A stretch of 64,000 bases of DNA from an uncultured Actinomycetes bacterium. GTDB lineage: Bacteria; Actinomycetota; Actinomycetes; Mycobacteriales; SCTD01. A program made the translations under genes and the position numbers. Location: positions 1,408-65,407 of the forward strand of contig CAWASE010000019.1 in assembly GCA_963784675.1 (NCBI GenBank), written 5' to 3'. A model generated the notes under the pieces. The model searched no databases. It had not been told where the DNA came from and saw only the letters and a list, made by a program, of their open reading frames with translations. Shown in pieces: positions 24,283 through 33,250 of the stretch (its first letter is position 1; the number at the start of each line of letters is the position of its first letter).

Positions 24283-24858
24283 TCAGGCCTGTGAGCCGCC
24301 GGGCGTCCACAGGACGTCGCCGCCGGGGTTGGCGACCCGCGACAGGATGAACAGCAGGTCCGACGAGCGGTTCAGATAGAGCACCGGCTCACGGTTCGTG
24401 GTGTCCGGCTCGTCCTCCAGCAGCGCCCAGGTCGAGCGTTCGGCCCGACGCGCCACCGTGCGCGCCACGTGCAGCAGCGCGGCCGCCGGCGTCCCTCCCG
24501 GCAGGATGAAGCTCGCCAGCTTCTCCAACGTCTCGTTGAAGTGGTCGCAGTGCGCCTCGAGCCGGCCGACGTACTCGGCGGTGACCCGCAGCGGCGGATA
24601 CTTCGGGTCCGGCACGACCGGCGTGCACAGGTCGGCGCCGACGTCGAACAAGTCGTTCTGCACCTCCCGCAGGCAGGCGGCCACGTCCTCGGCGGGCTGC
24701 CCGAGCGCCAGAACGACCCCGAGCGCGCTGTTGGTCTCGTCGACGTCGGCGTACGCCGCGAGGCGGGCCCCGGTCTTGGAGACCCGGCTCATGTCGCCGA
24801 GCGCGGTGGTCCCGTCGTCGCCGGTGCGGGTGTAGATGCGGGTGAGGTGGACGGCCAT
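24283..24858 (-). CDS. PduO-type ATP:cob(I)alamin adenosyltransferase
   Basis: ATG 24858. N-terminus MAVHLTRIYTRTGDDGTTALGD is characteristic of the MMAB/PduO family. 191 aa. The upstream part of the listed ORF has poor coding character. Confidence 0.85.
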   Translation of the reverse strand: MAVHLTRIYTRTGDDGTTALGDMSRVSKTGARLAAYADVDETNSALGVVLALGQPAEDVAACLREVQNDLFDVGADLCTPVVPDPKYPPLRVTAEYVGRLEAHCDHFNETLEKLASFILPGGTPAAALLHVARTVARRAERSTWALLEDEPDTTNREPVLYLNRSSDLLFILSRVANPGGDVLWTPGGSQA

Positions 24859-24982
24859 GAGGCGACCCTGCCATGACGTCCACCGAACGGCATCGCCAGG
24901 TGCGCCGGTGCGCCCCGCCCGAGGACTCCGGACGGGGCCGCACCGCTGCACCTGGTGGCGCCTGAGGGGGAGGCTGTGGACC

Positions 24983-25839
24983 TCAGCCGCAGCCGCTGAT
25001 GCCGCAGAGCAGGTCGAAGACGGTGCTCTGGAACAGCGGCGGCCGGTCGCCCCGGCCGTCACCGTCGAGCAGCTGGAGCTCGTCGGTGTCCGCCCCGTAG
25101 GCGCGTTCGACGACCGCCACGCCGTCGCCGCCCGGCAGGTGGTCCACCGGCGCGAACGACGCCTGCGGGCTCTGGCGGTACAGCACCTGACCGGTGCCCG
25201 GCACCGGCACGACGACCAGCTCGTCGGCGGTGCCTCCCGGGATGCCGGTCAGCAGTATGGCGACGATCTTCTCGTCGGCCGCGATGGCGGGCTGCAGCAC
25301 CGGCTCGGGGTCGCGACCGGGGGTCTGGACGTAGCCGAAGGAGTACGCGGGGCCGGCACCGATCCACGCCTGCAGGACGATGTAGCGCTGCCCCGCGTCG
25401 TTGCCGCCGGTGAACAGCACCGTGTGCCCGACCGTGCCCGCGCCGCTCTGCGGTCCCAGCGCCTGCACAAAAGCGTCCACCGCGGCAGCTTCCAGGACAG
25501 GGTCGGACGTGCCGCGCGTCGGCCAGTCCAGCGCGTTCGCCGGGGCGTCGACGGCGACCGGTCCCGACGACGGGGTGCTGGACGGGATGCGGACGGGGTG
25601 CTGGACGGGGTGCTGGCCACCTGCTGCGGCAGCGCGCGGTCGTCGCCACCGGTCACCAGCGGGACGGCCAACCCCACGGCGGCGACGGCGACGACCACCG
25701 CCGCGGTCGACAGCACGGTGCGGTTGCGGCGCATCCGCCGGGCGCGGGTCTGGATGCCGCGCATCGGGTCGGGCGAGGGGGCCAGTGCTGCGGCCCGCCC
25801 GGAAAGGGCGGCCCGAAGCTCGTCGTCGAGGGGGCTCAT
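24983..25839 (-). pseudogene. membrane protein co-transcribed with the sigma factor (putative anti-sigma), interrupted by one frameshift near 25590
   Basis: ATG 25839 overlaps the sigma stop (ATGA). N-terminal part MSPLDDELRAAL...TVLSTAAVVVAVAAVGLAVPLV (TM)...QQVASTPSSTPSAS. The high-GC3 continuation SSTPSSGPVAVDAPANALDWPTRG...CGISGCG lies in another frame. The break falls in gcatcccgtcc, where tcc-ccg (C4) would restore the frame. Confidence 0.65.
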
Positions 25840-26384
25840 GCGTGCACTCCGGGGATCGAGGTACGGGGGTCGTCGGACAGTCCGGTCGCCAGCGCCGCGC
25901 TGACGCGCAGCTTGGCCAGGGCCTTGGAGGCCGTCGACTTGACCGTCCCGACGGTGATGTCCAGGGCGGCGGCGGTGTCGGCCTCGGAGAGGTCTTCGTA
26001 GTAGCGCAGGACCACGACGGCGCGCTGGCGCCGTGGCAGGGTGGCGAGGGCCTGGACCAGGGCGGCGTGCAGGTCGAGGCGCTGGGCGGTGTCGCCGGCC
26101 TCGTCCGGCCCGGCGCGTTCCGGCAGCGTGTCGGTGAGGTACTCGTCGACCTTGCGCCGCCGCCACCAGGAGGTGCGGGTGTTCAGCATGGCCCGGCGGA
26201 CGTACCCGTCCAGGGCCTGGCGGTCGCGGATACGGTCCCAGTGCAGGTAGGTCTTGGCCAGGGCTGTCTGCAGCAGGTCCTCGGCGTCGGCGCGGTTGCC
26301 CGACAGCAGATAGGCCGTCCGCAGCAGCGCTGGTGAGCGGGCGGCGACATAGGTGCGGAAGTCCTCCCGCGCCTTCTCGTCCAC
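25836..26384 (-). CDS. ECF/SigE-family RNA polymerase sigma factor
   Basis: GTG 26384 with AGGAGA 5 nt upstream. Region 2 (AEDLLQTALAKTYLHWDRI) and region 4 HTH (LSEADTAAALDITVGTVKSTASKALAKLR). 182 aa. Confidence 0.88.
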   Translation of the reverse strand: MDEKAREDFRTYVAARSPALLRTAYLLSGNRADAEDLLQTALAKTYLHWDRIRDRQALDGYVRRAMLNTRTSWWRRRKVDEYLTDTLPERAGPDEAGDTAQRLDLHAALVQALATLPRRQRAVVVLRYYEDLSEADTAAALDITVGTVKSTASKALAKLRVSAALATGLSDDPRTSIPGVHA

Positions 26385-26454
26385 GCTGTTCTCCTGTCGT
26401 CGGGGGGGTCGGACGTTCAGCAGGACGCCGTCCGGGTCTGAGGGGTTGCCTCCC

Positions 26455-26460
26455 TAGACT
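26455..26460 (+). promoter_or_regulatory. candidate -10 box TAGACT for a leaderless murA transcript
   Basis: TANNNT ending exactly 6 nt before ATG 26467, with no SD in between. The identical hexamer and spacing occur at 29486. Confidence 0.45.
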
Positions 26461-26466
26461 GACCCG

Positions 26467-27750
26467 ATGACCGGACCGCAGCGCTTCCTCGTCTCCGGGG
26501 GCGCGCGCCTGGCCGGCACCGTGACCGTCGGTGGCGCCAAGAACAGCGTGCTGAAGCTGATGGCCGCCTCGCTGCTGGCCGAGGGGACGACGGTGCTCAC
26601 CAACGTCCCGGACATCCTGGACGTCACCATCATGAGCGAGGTGCTGCGCCGGCTCGGCTGCGACGTCGTCCGGGGCGACGGTGCCGTCTCGCTGACCGTG
26701 CCGGCCGTACCGGGTCACGAGGCGGACTACGACCTGGTGCGCCGGATCAGGGCTTCCATCGCGGTGCTCGGCCCGCTGGTGGCCCGCTGCGGCGAGGCGA
26801 AGGTCGCGTTACCGGGCGGCGACGCGATCGGCTCGCGCGGGCTCGACATGCACGTAGCGGGGCTCATCAAGCTCGGGGCGACGGTCGAGAGCGAGCACGG
26901 CTACCTCATCGCCCGCGCGCCCCGCCTGACCGGGGCCGCCGTGTGGCTCGACTTCCCGAGCGTCGGCGCGACCGAGAACCTGCTGATGGCCGCCGCGCTG
27001 GCCAAGGGCACGACCGTCATCGACAACGCGGCGCGCGAGCCGGAGATCGTCGACCTGTGCCAGATGCTCACGCAGATGGGCGCCCAGATCGGCGGCGTGG
27101 GCAGCAGCACGCTGGAGATCGAGGGGGTCGAGTCGCTGCACCCGGTCGAGCACGAGACGGTGCCCGACCGCATCGTCGCGGGCACCTGGGCCGTCGCGGC
27201 GACGATGACCCGTGGCGACGTCACCGTGCTCGGGGCCCGCCCGGAGCACCTGGAGATGCCGCTGTTCAAGCTGGAGCAGGCCGGCGCCGTCACCCGCATC
27301 GTCGAGGGCGGGTTCCGCATCACGATGGACCGCCGGCCGACCGCCGTCGACGTCGTGACGCTGCCCTACCCCGGCTTCGCCACCGACTTCCAGCCGCTGT
27401 TCCTCGGGCTGAACACGGTCGCCGAGGGCACCGCGATGATCACCGAGAACGTCTTCGAGTCGCGCTGGATGTTCGTCAACGAGCTGGTCCGGCTCGGCGC
27501 TGACGTCCGCACCGACGGCCACCATGCGGTCGTGCGCGGGCGTGAGCTGTTGTCCGGGGCACCGGTCACCGCGCACGACATCCGCGCCGGGGCCGGGCTC
27601 GTGCTGGCGGGCCTGGTGGCCGACGGGGTCACCGAGGTCACCGAGGTGCACCACATCGACCGGGGCTACGAAGGCTTCGTCGACAAGCTCGTGGCGCTCG
27701 GGGCCGACGTGCGGCGCGAGGCCGTCCCGCCGCAGCCCTGGGAGCTCTGA
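26467..27750 (+). CDS. murA: UDP-N-acetylglucosamine 1-carboxyvinyltransferase
   Basis: 427 aa. [16 protein letters not shown] start. The active-site loop reads [13 protein letters not shown], with Asp (codon gac 26821-26823) where E. coli has the fosfomycin-target Cys. Confidence 0.95.
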   Translation: MTGPQRFLVSGGARLAGTVTVGGAKNSVLKLMAASLLAEGTTVLTNVPDILDVTIMSEVLRRLGCDVVRGDGAVSLTVPAVPGHEADYDLVRRIRASIAVLGPLVARCGEAKVALPGGDAIGSRGLDMHVAGLIKLGATVESEHGYLIARAPRLTGAAVWLDFPSVGATENLLMAAALAKGTTVIDNAAREPEIVDLCQMLTQMGAQIGGVGSSTLEIEGVESLHPVEHETVPDRIVAGTWAVAATMTRGDVTVLGARPEHLEMPLFKLEQAGAVTRIVEGGFRITMDRRPTAVDVVTLPYPGFATDFQPLFLGLNTVAEGTAMITENVFESRWMFVNELVRLGADVRTDGHHAVVRGRELLSGAPVTAHDIRAGAGLVLAGLVADGVTEVTEVHHIDRGYEGFVDKLVALGADVRREAVPPQPWEL

Positions 27751-27784
27751 GTCCGGCAGCCCGGGCCCTGGGACCGCGCTGCGG

Positions 27785-28111
27785 TCAGCTGCTGACCAGG
27801 CCCTGCGCCCGGGCGGCGTCGGAGCGGAACACCAGGACGTCGGTACCGAGCTCGCCGTCACCGAGCGTGCTGCGGATGCCCGCAGCGGCCAGCACCTCGC
27901 GCAGCATGGCGGCGTCCTCGGGACTGCGGACGGTGGCGATGGTGACCAGCAGCCCGTAGTCGCCGCGGGCCGCGGCCTTGACCAGGCGCTTGGCGTCGCG
28001 TTCGTCGCGGTGATCGGTGGAGAACACCCAGCGGCAGATCAAGATGATCACGCCGAGCGCGGCCGAGACCACCAGCGGACCGAGCAAGAAGTGGTAGCTC
28101 GAGACGATCAC
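27785..28111 (-). CDS. small membrane-anchored protein, unknown function
   Basis: Preferred start GTG 28111 (VIVSSYHFLLGPLVVSAALGVIILICRWVF, TM). It is preceded by TATCCT (28123-28118) at exactly 6 nt, which suggests a leaderless mRNA. The longest ORF starts at TTG 28168. High GC3. Confidence 0.55.
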   Translation of the reverse strand: MIVSSYHFLLGPLVVSAALGVIILICRWVFSTDHRDERDAKRLVKAAARGDYGLLVTIATVRSPEDAAMLREVLAAAGIRSTLGDGELGTDVLVFRSDAARAQGLVSS

Positions 28112-28248
28112 GATCCCAGGATAGGCCCGGCGCGCCTTCGCCGCTCGGCCTGTCGGATGTGGGAACAAGGCAACCGGACGCCGTGACCGCGCGTCTACCC
28201 CGATGAGGCGAGCCGTTCGGGCACGACCGGTCGACGTGGAGGCGCAGC

Positions 28249-28599
28249 GTGGGGTCCCGACCGAGCAACCCGCCTGCCTTCGGGCTGACCGACGTCGCCC
28301 GGGGCCATCTGCTGGCGCTCGCCGGCCGGCTCGACGTGCACAGTGCCGCCGACGTGCGGCTCGCGCTCGCGGACGCCGTCGAGCACGGCGACGACGACCT
28401 CGTCCTGGACCTGTCGGCGCTCGATGCCGTCGACGCCACCGGCCTCGGCGTCCTGGTCGGCGCGCACCGGCACGCCGGGCGGGCAGGGCGCACGCTCGTG
28501 CTGCGCGACGTGCCGCAGCAGGTCGGGCGGCTGCTGCGGGTCACCCGCCTGGACCGGGTGCTCCACCAGGACCGCCACGACGAGCCCCGCAGCGCCTGA
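28249..28599 (+). CDS. STAS-domain protein (anti-sigma-factor antagonist type)
   Basis: 116 aa. LALAGRLDVHSAADVRLALADAVEHGDDDLVLDLSALDAVDATGLGVLV matches the SpoIIAA/STAS pattern. GGAGG 8 nt upstream of GTG 28249. Confidence 0.75.
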   Translation: MGSRPSNPPAFGLTDVARGHLLALAGRLDVHSAADVRLALADAVEHGDDDLVLDLSALDAVDATGLGVLVGAHRHAGRAGRTLVLRDVPQQVGRLLRVTRLDRVLHQDRHDEPRSA

Positions 28600-28637
28600 G
28601 CGTTCAGACCGCCCGGCCGGGCGCCGACGACGTCAGG

Positions 28638-29474
28638 GTGGAGCACCCGGCGTACTTCGACCCGGTCACGGTGGCGCCGCGGGCGCCCGGACCGCTCCCG
28701 CTGCCGTCGGACCGACGGCGGGCAGGCGGCGGGACGGTCCTGGTCCTGGTGCTGGTGCTCGTTCTGGTGGTCGCGTCGGCCGTCCTCGCGCAGTCGGCTC
28801 GCGCGCGCGGCGCCGCGCTCGGGACGGTCGTCGCCGTCGACCAACCGGCAGCGGCCGCCGCCGGGTGGGGCGCGACCTACGTCGATGCGGCCGGACGCCC
28901 CGGTCGCTGGGACCCGTGCCAGCCGATCCACTACGTGGTGAACGAGCGCTCGGCTCCGGTGAGCGCTCGGGCTGACCTGGACGAGGCCCTCCGCCGGCTG
29001 AGCGCGGCCAGCGGGCTGCAGTTCGTCGACGACGGGGCGAGCGAGGAGGTCCCGGCGCGCGGTCGGGCGTCCTACCAGCCTGCGCGGTACGGCCGACGGT
29101 GGGCGCCGCTGCTCATCGCCTGGGTCTCGTCCGGGTCGGCCGACGTCGGTCTGGACGGTCGTTCGGTCGGGGTGAGCATCGCTGCCGCCGTCCCCGGTAC
29201 CGCAGGCCCGCACCTGGTGAGCGGACTGGTGGCGCTCGATGCCGGCCAGCCGCTGCCGTCGGGCTTCGGGCCGGGCACGACCCAGGGCGAGGTGCTGCTG
29301 CACGAGCTGGCGCACGCCGTCGGGCTCGGGCACGTGCTCGACGCCACGCAGGTCATGTACCCGCAGACCACCCACAGCGAGTCGGTCTTCGGGGCCGGCG
29401 ACCGGGCCGGACTGGCTGCGGTGGGGGCGGCGGCGGGCTGCTATGCCGCCCCGGCTGCGGCGGACGTGGGCTGA
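28638..29474 (+). CDS. membrane-anchored zinc metalloprotease (matrixin/metzincin-like)
   Basis: GTG 28638. TM segment TVLVLVLVLVLVVASAVL. HExxHxxGxxH motif HELAHAVGLGH followed by a Met-turn candidate (QVMYP). 278 aa. The upstream part of the listed ORF overlaps the STAS gene in another frame. Confidence 0.75.
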   Translation: MEHPAYFDPVTVAPRAPGPLPLPSDRRRAGGGTVLVLVLVLVLVVASAVLAQSARARGAALGTVVAVDQPAAAAAGWGATYVDAAGRPGRWDPCQPIHYVVNERSAPVSARADLDEALRRLSAASGLQFVDDGASEEVPARGRASYQPARYGRRWAPLLIAWVSSGSADVGLDGRSVGVSIAAAVPGTAGPHLVSGLVALDAGQPLPSGFGPGTTQGEVLLHELAHAVGLGHVLDATQVMYPQTTHSESVFGAGDRAGLAAVGAAAGCYAAPAAADVG

Positions 29475-29485
29475 GCCCGGCGCTC

Positions 29486-29491
29486 TAGACT
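29486..29491 (+). promoter_or_regulatory. candidate -10 box TAGACT for a leaderless mutase transcript
   Basis: TANNNT ending exactly 6 nt before ATG 29498. The intergenic gap is only 23 nt and has no SD. Confidence 0.45.
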
Positions 29492-29497
29492 CCGCCC

Positions 29498-31546
29498 ATG
29501 ACGGAGCGCGTGCAGTCCATCGGTTCCGAGGTGCCGGCAGCGGAGGGCGCCGCGCGGCCTGAGCGCGGAAAGCCCTGGGTGATGCGTACCTACGCCGGGC
29601 ACTCGACGCCGAAGGACTCCAACGCGCTGTACCGGCGCAACCTGGAGAAGGGGCAGACCGGCCTCAGTGTCGCCTTCGACCTCCCGACCCAGACCGGCTA
29701 CGACCCCGACGACGAGCTGGCCCGCGGCGAGGTCGGCAAGGTCGGCGTGCCCGTGACGCACCTGGGTGACATGCGGGCGCTGTTCGACAGCATCCCGCTG
29801 GACACCATGAACACCTCGATGACCATCAACGCGACCGCGATGTGGCTGCTGGCCCTCTACCAGGCCGTCGCCGAGGAGCAGGGCGCCGACGCCTCGCAGC
29901 TGGCCGGCACGACGCAGAACGACATCATCAAGGAGTACCTCTCCCGCGGGACGTACGTCTTCCCGCCCGGGCCTTCGCTCCGCCTGATCACCGACATGGT
30001 GGCCTACACGGTCACCGCGGTGCCCAAGTGGAACCCGATCAACATCTGCAGCTACCACCTGCAGGAGGCCGGGGCGACCCCCGTCCAGGAGATCTCCTAC
30101 GCGCTGTGCACCGCGATCGCCGTCCTGGACGCCGTCCAGGCGGCAGGTCAGGTGCCCGCGGAGCGATTCGGTGAGGTCTGTGCGCGGATCTCCTTCTTCG
30201 TCAACGCAGGGGTGCGGTTCGTGGAGGAGATGTGCAAGATGCGCGCCTTCACCCAGCTCTGGGACGAGCTGCTGGCCGACCGCTACGGCATCACCGACGC
30301 CAAGCAGCGGCGCTTCCGCTACGGCGTGCAGGTCAACTCGCTCGGCCTGACCGAGGCGCAGCCGGAGAACAACGTCCAGCGCATCGTCCTGGAGATGCTC
30401 GGCGTGACGCTCAGCAAGGACGCCCGGGCCCGGGCCGTGCAGCTGCCGGCCTGGAACGAGGCGCTCGGGCTGCCGCGGCCGTGGGACCAGCAGTGGTCGC
30501 TGCGCCTGCAGCAGGTGCTGGCCTTCGAGACCGACCTGCTCGAGTACGACGACCTGTTCACCGGTTCGGTCGTCGTGGAGGCCAAGGTCGCCGAGCTCAA
30601 GACGCAGGTGCTGGCCGAGGTCGACCGGGTGCAGGCCATGGGCGGGGCCGTCGCGGCGGTCGAGTCCGGCTACATGAAGAGCGCGCTGGTGAGCTCGCAC
30701 GCCGAGCGCCGTCGCCGGATCGAGGCGGGGGAGGACGTCGTCGTCGGGGTGAACCGCTTCACCACCACCGAGGACAACCCGCTGCTGGCCGACATCGACG
30801 GCGCGATCATGACCGTCGACCACGCGGTGGAGCAGCACGCCATCGATGCCGTCAAGGCCTGGCGCGAGCAGCGCGACGCGAGTGCGGTCGACGAGGCGCT
30901 CCGCGCGCTCCGCGACGCTGCCAAGACCGACGTCAACCTGATGGCGGCCACGGTCGCGTGCGCCAAGGTGGGCGTCACCACCGGTGAGTGGGCCGGCGCG
31001 CTGCGCGAGGTGTTCGGCGAGTACCGCGCGCCCACGGGCGTGTCCGCCGCGAGCGCGAGGGGCGAGGCCGGCGAGGCGATCGCGGCCGTCCGCCGAGCGG
31101 TGCAGCAGACCGGCGAAGAGCTCGGCGTGCGGCTGCGCTTCCTGGTCGGCAAGCCGGGCCTGGACGGGCACAGCAACGGCGCCGAGCAGATCGCCGTGCG
31201 GGCCCGCGACTGCGGCTTCGAGGTCGTCTACCAGGGCATCCGGCTGACCGCCGGCCAGATCGTCAGCGCCGCCGTCGAAGAGGACGTGCACGTCATCGGC
31301 CTGTCGATCCTGTCCGGCTCGCACATGGAGGCGGTGCCGGCCGTGCTCGCCGGGCTCCGCGATGCGGGCATCGGCGAGGTGCCGGTGGTCGTCGGCGGCA
31401 TCATCCCCGACGCCGACGCACGGCGGCTCAAGGAGCAGGGCGTCGCCGCCGTCTACACGCCCAAGGACTTCGAGCTCACGGCCATCATGCGCTCGGTGGT
31501 CGAGGTCGTCCGAGCCGCCAACGGGCTCGAGCCGCTGGCCGGCTGA
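29498..31546 (+). CDS. B12-dependent acyl-CoA mutase, single-polypeptide MeaA/ethylmalonyl-CoA mutase type
   Basis: 682 aa. PWVMRTYAGHSTPKDSNALYRRNLEKGQTGLSVAFDLPTQTGYD and QNDIIKEYLSRGTYVFPP in the substrate barrel. C-terminal cobalamin domain with DxHxxG (LDGHSNG). Substrate assignment is inferred from the presence of ccr in the window. Confidence 0.8.
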   Translation: MTERVQSIGSEVPAAEGAARPERGKPWVMRTYAGHSTPKDSNALYRRNLEKGQTGLSVAFDLPTQTGYDPDDELARGEVGKVGVPVTHLGDMRALFDSIPLDTMNTSMTINATAMWLLALYQAVAEEQGADASQLAGTTQNDIIKEYLSRGTYVFPPGPSLRLITDMVAYTVTAVPKWNPINICSYHLQEAGATPVQEISYALCTAIAVLDAVQAAGQVPAERFGEVCARISFFVNAGVRFVEEMCKMRAFTQLWDELLADRYGITDAKQRRFRYGVQVNSLGLTEAQPENNVQRIVLEMLGVTLSKDARARAVQLPAWNEALGLPRPWDQQWSLRLQQVLAFETDLLEYDDLFTGSVVVEAKVAELKTQVLAEVDRVQAMGGAVAAVESGYMKSALVSSHAERRRRIEAGEDVVVGVNRFTTTEDNPLLADIDGAIMTVDHAVEQHAIDAVKAWREQRDASAVDEALRALRDAAKTDVNLMAATVACAKVGVTTGEWAGALREVFGEYRAPTGVSAASARGEAGEAIAAVRRAVQQTGEELGVRLRFLVGKPGLDGHSNGAEQIAVRARDCGFEVVYQGIRLTAGQIVSAAVEEDVHVIGLSILSGSHMEAVPAVLAGLRDAGIGEVPVVVGGIIPDADARRLKEQGVAAVYTPKDFELTAIMRSVVEVVRAANGLEPLAG

Positions 31547-31592
31547 AGGCTCCGGGCGGGCGCGCCGCCGACCGAGGCCGCACGCTGGGCGG

Positions 31593-31886
31593 GTGATCGA
31601 ACCGTATGAGTGCCGACTGCCGCGGGAGCGGGTACCGGACTTCCTGTCGGGGCTGGGCGCCGCGCTGGGCGAGCCGCTGGACCTGGACGACGTGCTGGAC
31701 CGCCTGCTGGACAGCGACCTCGCCCGCGGCCGCTGGCTGGTGCTCCCTCTGGGTGGGCCGCTGACGGTGTCGATGGCCGCAGAGCGCGGCACCGGCAGCG
31801 TCGAGGTCCGCGCGCGGCCGACGGGCCCCGGCGCGGACGAGCTCATCACCCTGCTGGGTCCGCTCGGAGCCGTCTACAGCCGCTGA
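31593..31886 (+). CDS. hypothetical protein
   Basis: GTG 31593. 97 aa with very high GC3 (ctg/gac/gcc codons). No motif recognised. Confidence 0.45.
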   Translation: MIEPYECRLPRERVPDFLSGLGAALGEPLDLDDVLDRLLDSDLARGRWLVLPLGGPLTVSMAAERGTGSVEVRARPTGPGADELITLLGPLGAVYSR

Positions 31887-31895
31887 CCGTGGCGG

Positions 31896-32660
31896 TCATC
31901 CGAGCGTGCGCGTGACGGCGCCTTCGCGGACGTCGACCAGCTCGTCCGCCGGGCCGACCCCGGTGCTCTGCACCCGGTACCTGCCGGTATCCAGCCCGTC
32001 GACCCGCCAGGTGCCGTCGGCGCGGACGCGGCTGGCGAAGACCGGTCCCTCCGGGCGCGACTGCGGTCCGGCGTCGACCAGTCGGACCAGGCGCACGTCC
32101 TGACCCGCCAGGTCGACGGCGACCCGTCCCTCCACCACGCCGCCGGGCGGCAGCACCACGGACACGACGGTGCCGCAGGCTGTCGCGGTAGGGAGCCTTC
32201 GCCAGGCGACATCTGCCGCGCCCGGGCTGCGCTCCAGGATCGGGTCGTCGCGGCGGGACGGCACGTAGGAGGCCAGCAGCAGCTCGTTCCGGCAGGGCGC
32301 GGAGAAGCGGCCGTCGACGTCGGTGCGGTCCAGCAGCTCGCCCAGCTCTCGCGGCAGGACGCGGATGCCGGCCAGCGGCCGGCCGGAGCGGTCCAGCACG
32401 ACACCGACGATGCGGCCCGCGACCGGAGCCGGTGCCGGCGCCGCCGGTGCCGCCGGTGCGACCAGGCGGTCCGACGGTGTGCCGCCGGCGAGCAGCAGCG
32501 GCACTGCGGTGCCGACTCCCGCCACGGCCACCACCGCAGCCGCGACGGCTACCCCGGCGCGACGGCGTCGCCGCAGGCCGTCACGGCGTGCGCGGGCGAG
32601 CCCGTCGACGGGCACGGGCAGGGTCGCGAACCGGCGTGGTCGCGACCTTCCGGGGGTCAT
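31896..32660 (-). CDS. single-pass membrane protein downstream of the ECF sigma (putative anti-sigma, carboxypeptidase-regulatory-like ectodomain)
   Basis: ATG 32660 overlaps the sigma stop (ATGA). Arg-rich cytoplasmic N-terminus, [27 protein letters not shown]-repeat linker, then beta-rich repeats (GRIVGVVLDRSGRPLAGIRV, GGVVEGRV, DGTWRVDGLDTGRYRV). 254 aa. Confidence 0.6.
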   Translation of the reverse strand: MTPGRSRPRRFATLPVPVDGLARARRDGLRRRRRAGVAVAAAVVAVAGVGTAVPLLLAGGTPSDRLVAPAAPAAPAPAPVAGRIVGVVLDRSGRPLAGIRVLPRELGELLDRTDVDGRFSAPCRNELLLASYVPSRRDDPILERSPGAADVAWRRLPTATACGTVVSVVLPPGGVVEGRVAVDLAGQDVRLVRLVDAGPQSRPEGPVFASRVRADGTWRVDGLDTGRYRVQSTGVGPADELVDVREGAVTRTLG

Positions 32661-33181
32661 GGCGCCAGCCCTTCGGCCAGCAGCGCACGCGCCTCCGACA
32701 GCCGCCGCTTGACGGTGCCGGCGGGACGTCGCAGGGCGACGGCGACCTCGGCCACCGGCAGGTCGGCGTAGTAGTGCAGCAGCACCACGTCACGCAGTCG
32801 GGGCGGCAGCCGCTCGACCGCGTCCAGCACCGTCACGTCCGGTGGCCCCGCGTCGGCGCCGACCAGGTCCGGGAAAGCCGCGACCTCCGTCCGTCGTCGT
32901 CGCCAGCGGTCGCGGGCCAGGTTCGAGACGATCCGGTAGGCGTACGGGCGGGGCTCTCGCAGCAGCCCCCACCGCACATAGACGCGCACCAGCGCCTCCT
33001 GCGCGAGATCCTCGGCGACGGTCCGCTCGCCGACCAGCGAGAGCGCGTACCCGGCCAGGTCGCCGTAGGTGTCGAGGTAGAAGGCGTCGTAGCTGTCCGA
33101 CACCCTGAGTCCGATCCCTTCGGCGGAGGAGCTGCGCCCAGCGTCGCAGAGGGTCGGCCGGCGTGCCGCGACGACGGTCAT
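32657..33181 (-). CDS. ECF-type RNA polymerase sigma factor
   Basis: ATG 33181 (an alternative GTG lies at 33103). Region 2 AEDLAQEALVRVYVRWGLLREP and region 4 LPPRLRDVVLLHYYADLPVAEVAVALRRPAGTVKRRLSEAR. 174 aa. The rest of the 979-aa listed ORF is antisense to the next gene. Confidence 0.85.
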   Translation of the reverse strand: MTVVAARRPTLCDAGRSSSAEGIGLRVSDSYDAFYLDTYGDLAGYALSLVGERTVAEDLAQEALVRVYVRWGLLREPRPYAYRIVSNLARDRWRRRRTEVAAFPDLVGADAGPPDVTVLDAVERLPPRLRDVVLLHYYADLPVAEVAVALRRPAGTVKRRLSEARALLAEGLAP

Positions 33182-33204
33182 GTCTGCACCACGCGCCGAG
33201 GTGC

Positions 33205-33221
33205 CGAACGGTTCGCCGAAC
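33205..33221. promoter_or_regulatory. three alternating CGAAC/GTTCG half-sites in the divergent sigma / TolB-like intergenic region
   Basis: cgaac-g-gttcg-c-cgaac forms two overlapping 11-bp palindromes. On the minus strand GAAC-N17-CGT lies 9 nt before the sigma ATG. Confidence 0.4.
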
Positions 33222-33250
33222 CCGCGAGGGGGTTCAGGCGTGGTGCAGGC

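Noticed and set aside
26385-28250. rRNA operon or tRNA genes expected near murA by analogy with M. tuberculosis.
   Set aside because: No 16S/23S/5S-like or cloverleaf-forming sequence was seen anywhere in the window. The region after murA is fully occupied by protein-coding ORFs.
28203-29474. 423-aa ORF treated as one long metalloprotease precursor.
   Set aside because: The first ~145 codons overlap the STAS gene in a different frame and read as Arg/Ala/Pro low complexity. GTG 28638, just before the TM helix, is a better start.
29475-29497. Cobalamin riboswitch upstream of the B12-dependent mutase, and similarly upstream of meaB or the PduO gene.
   Set aside because: The intergenic gaps are only ~20-90 nt and show no B12-box-like core. 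A riboswitch aptamer of about 200 nt cannot fit.
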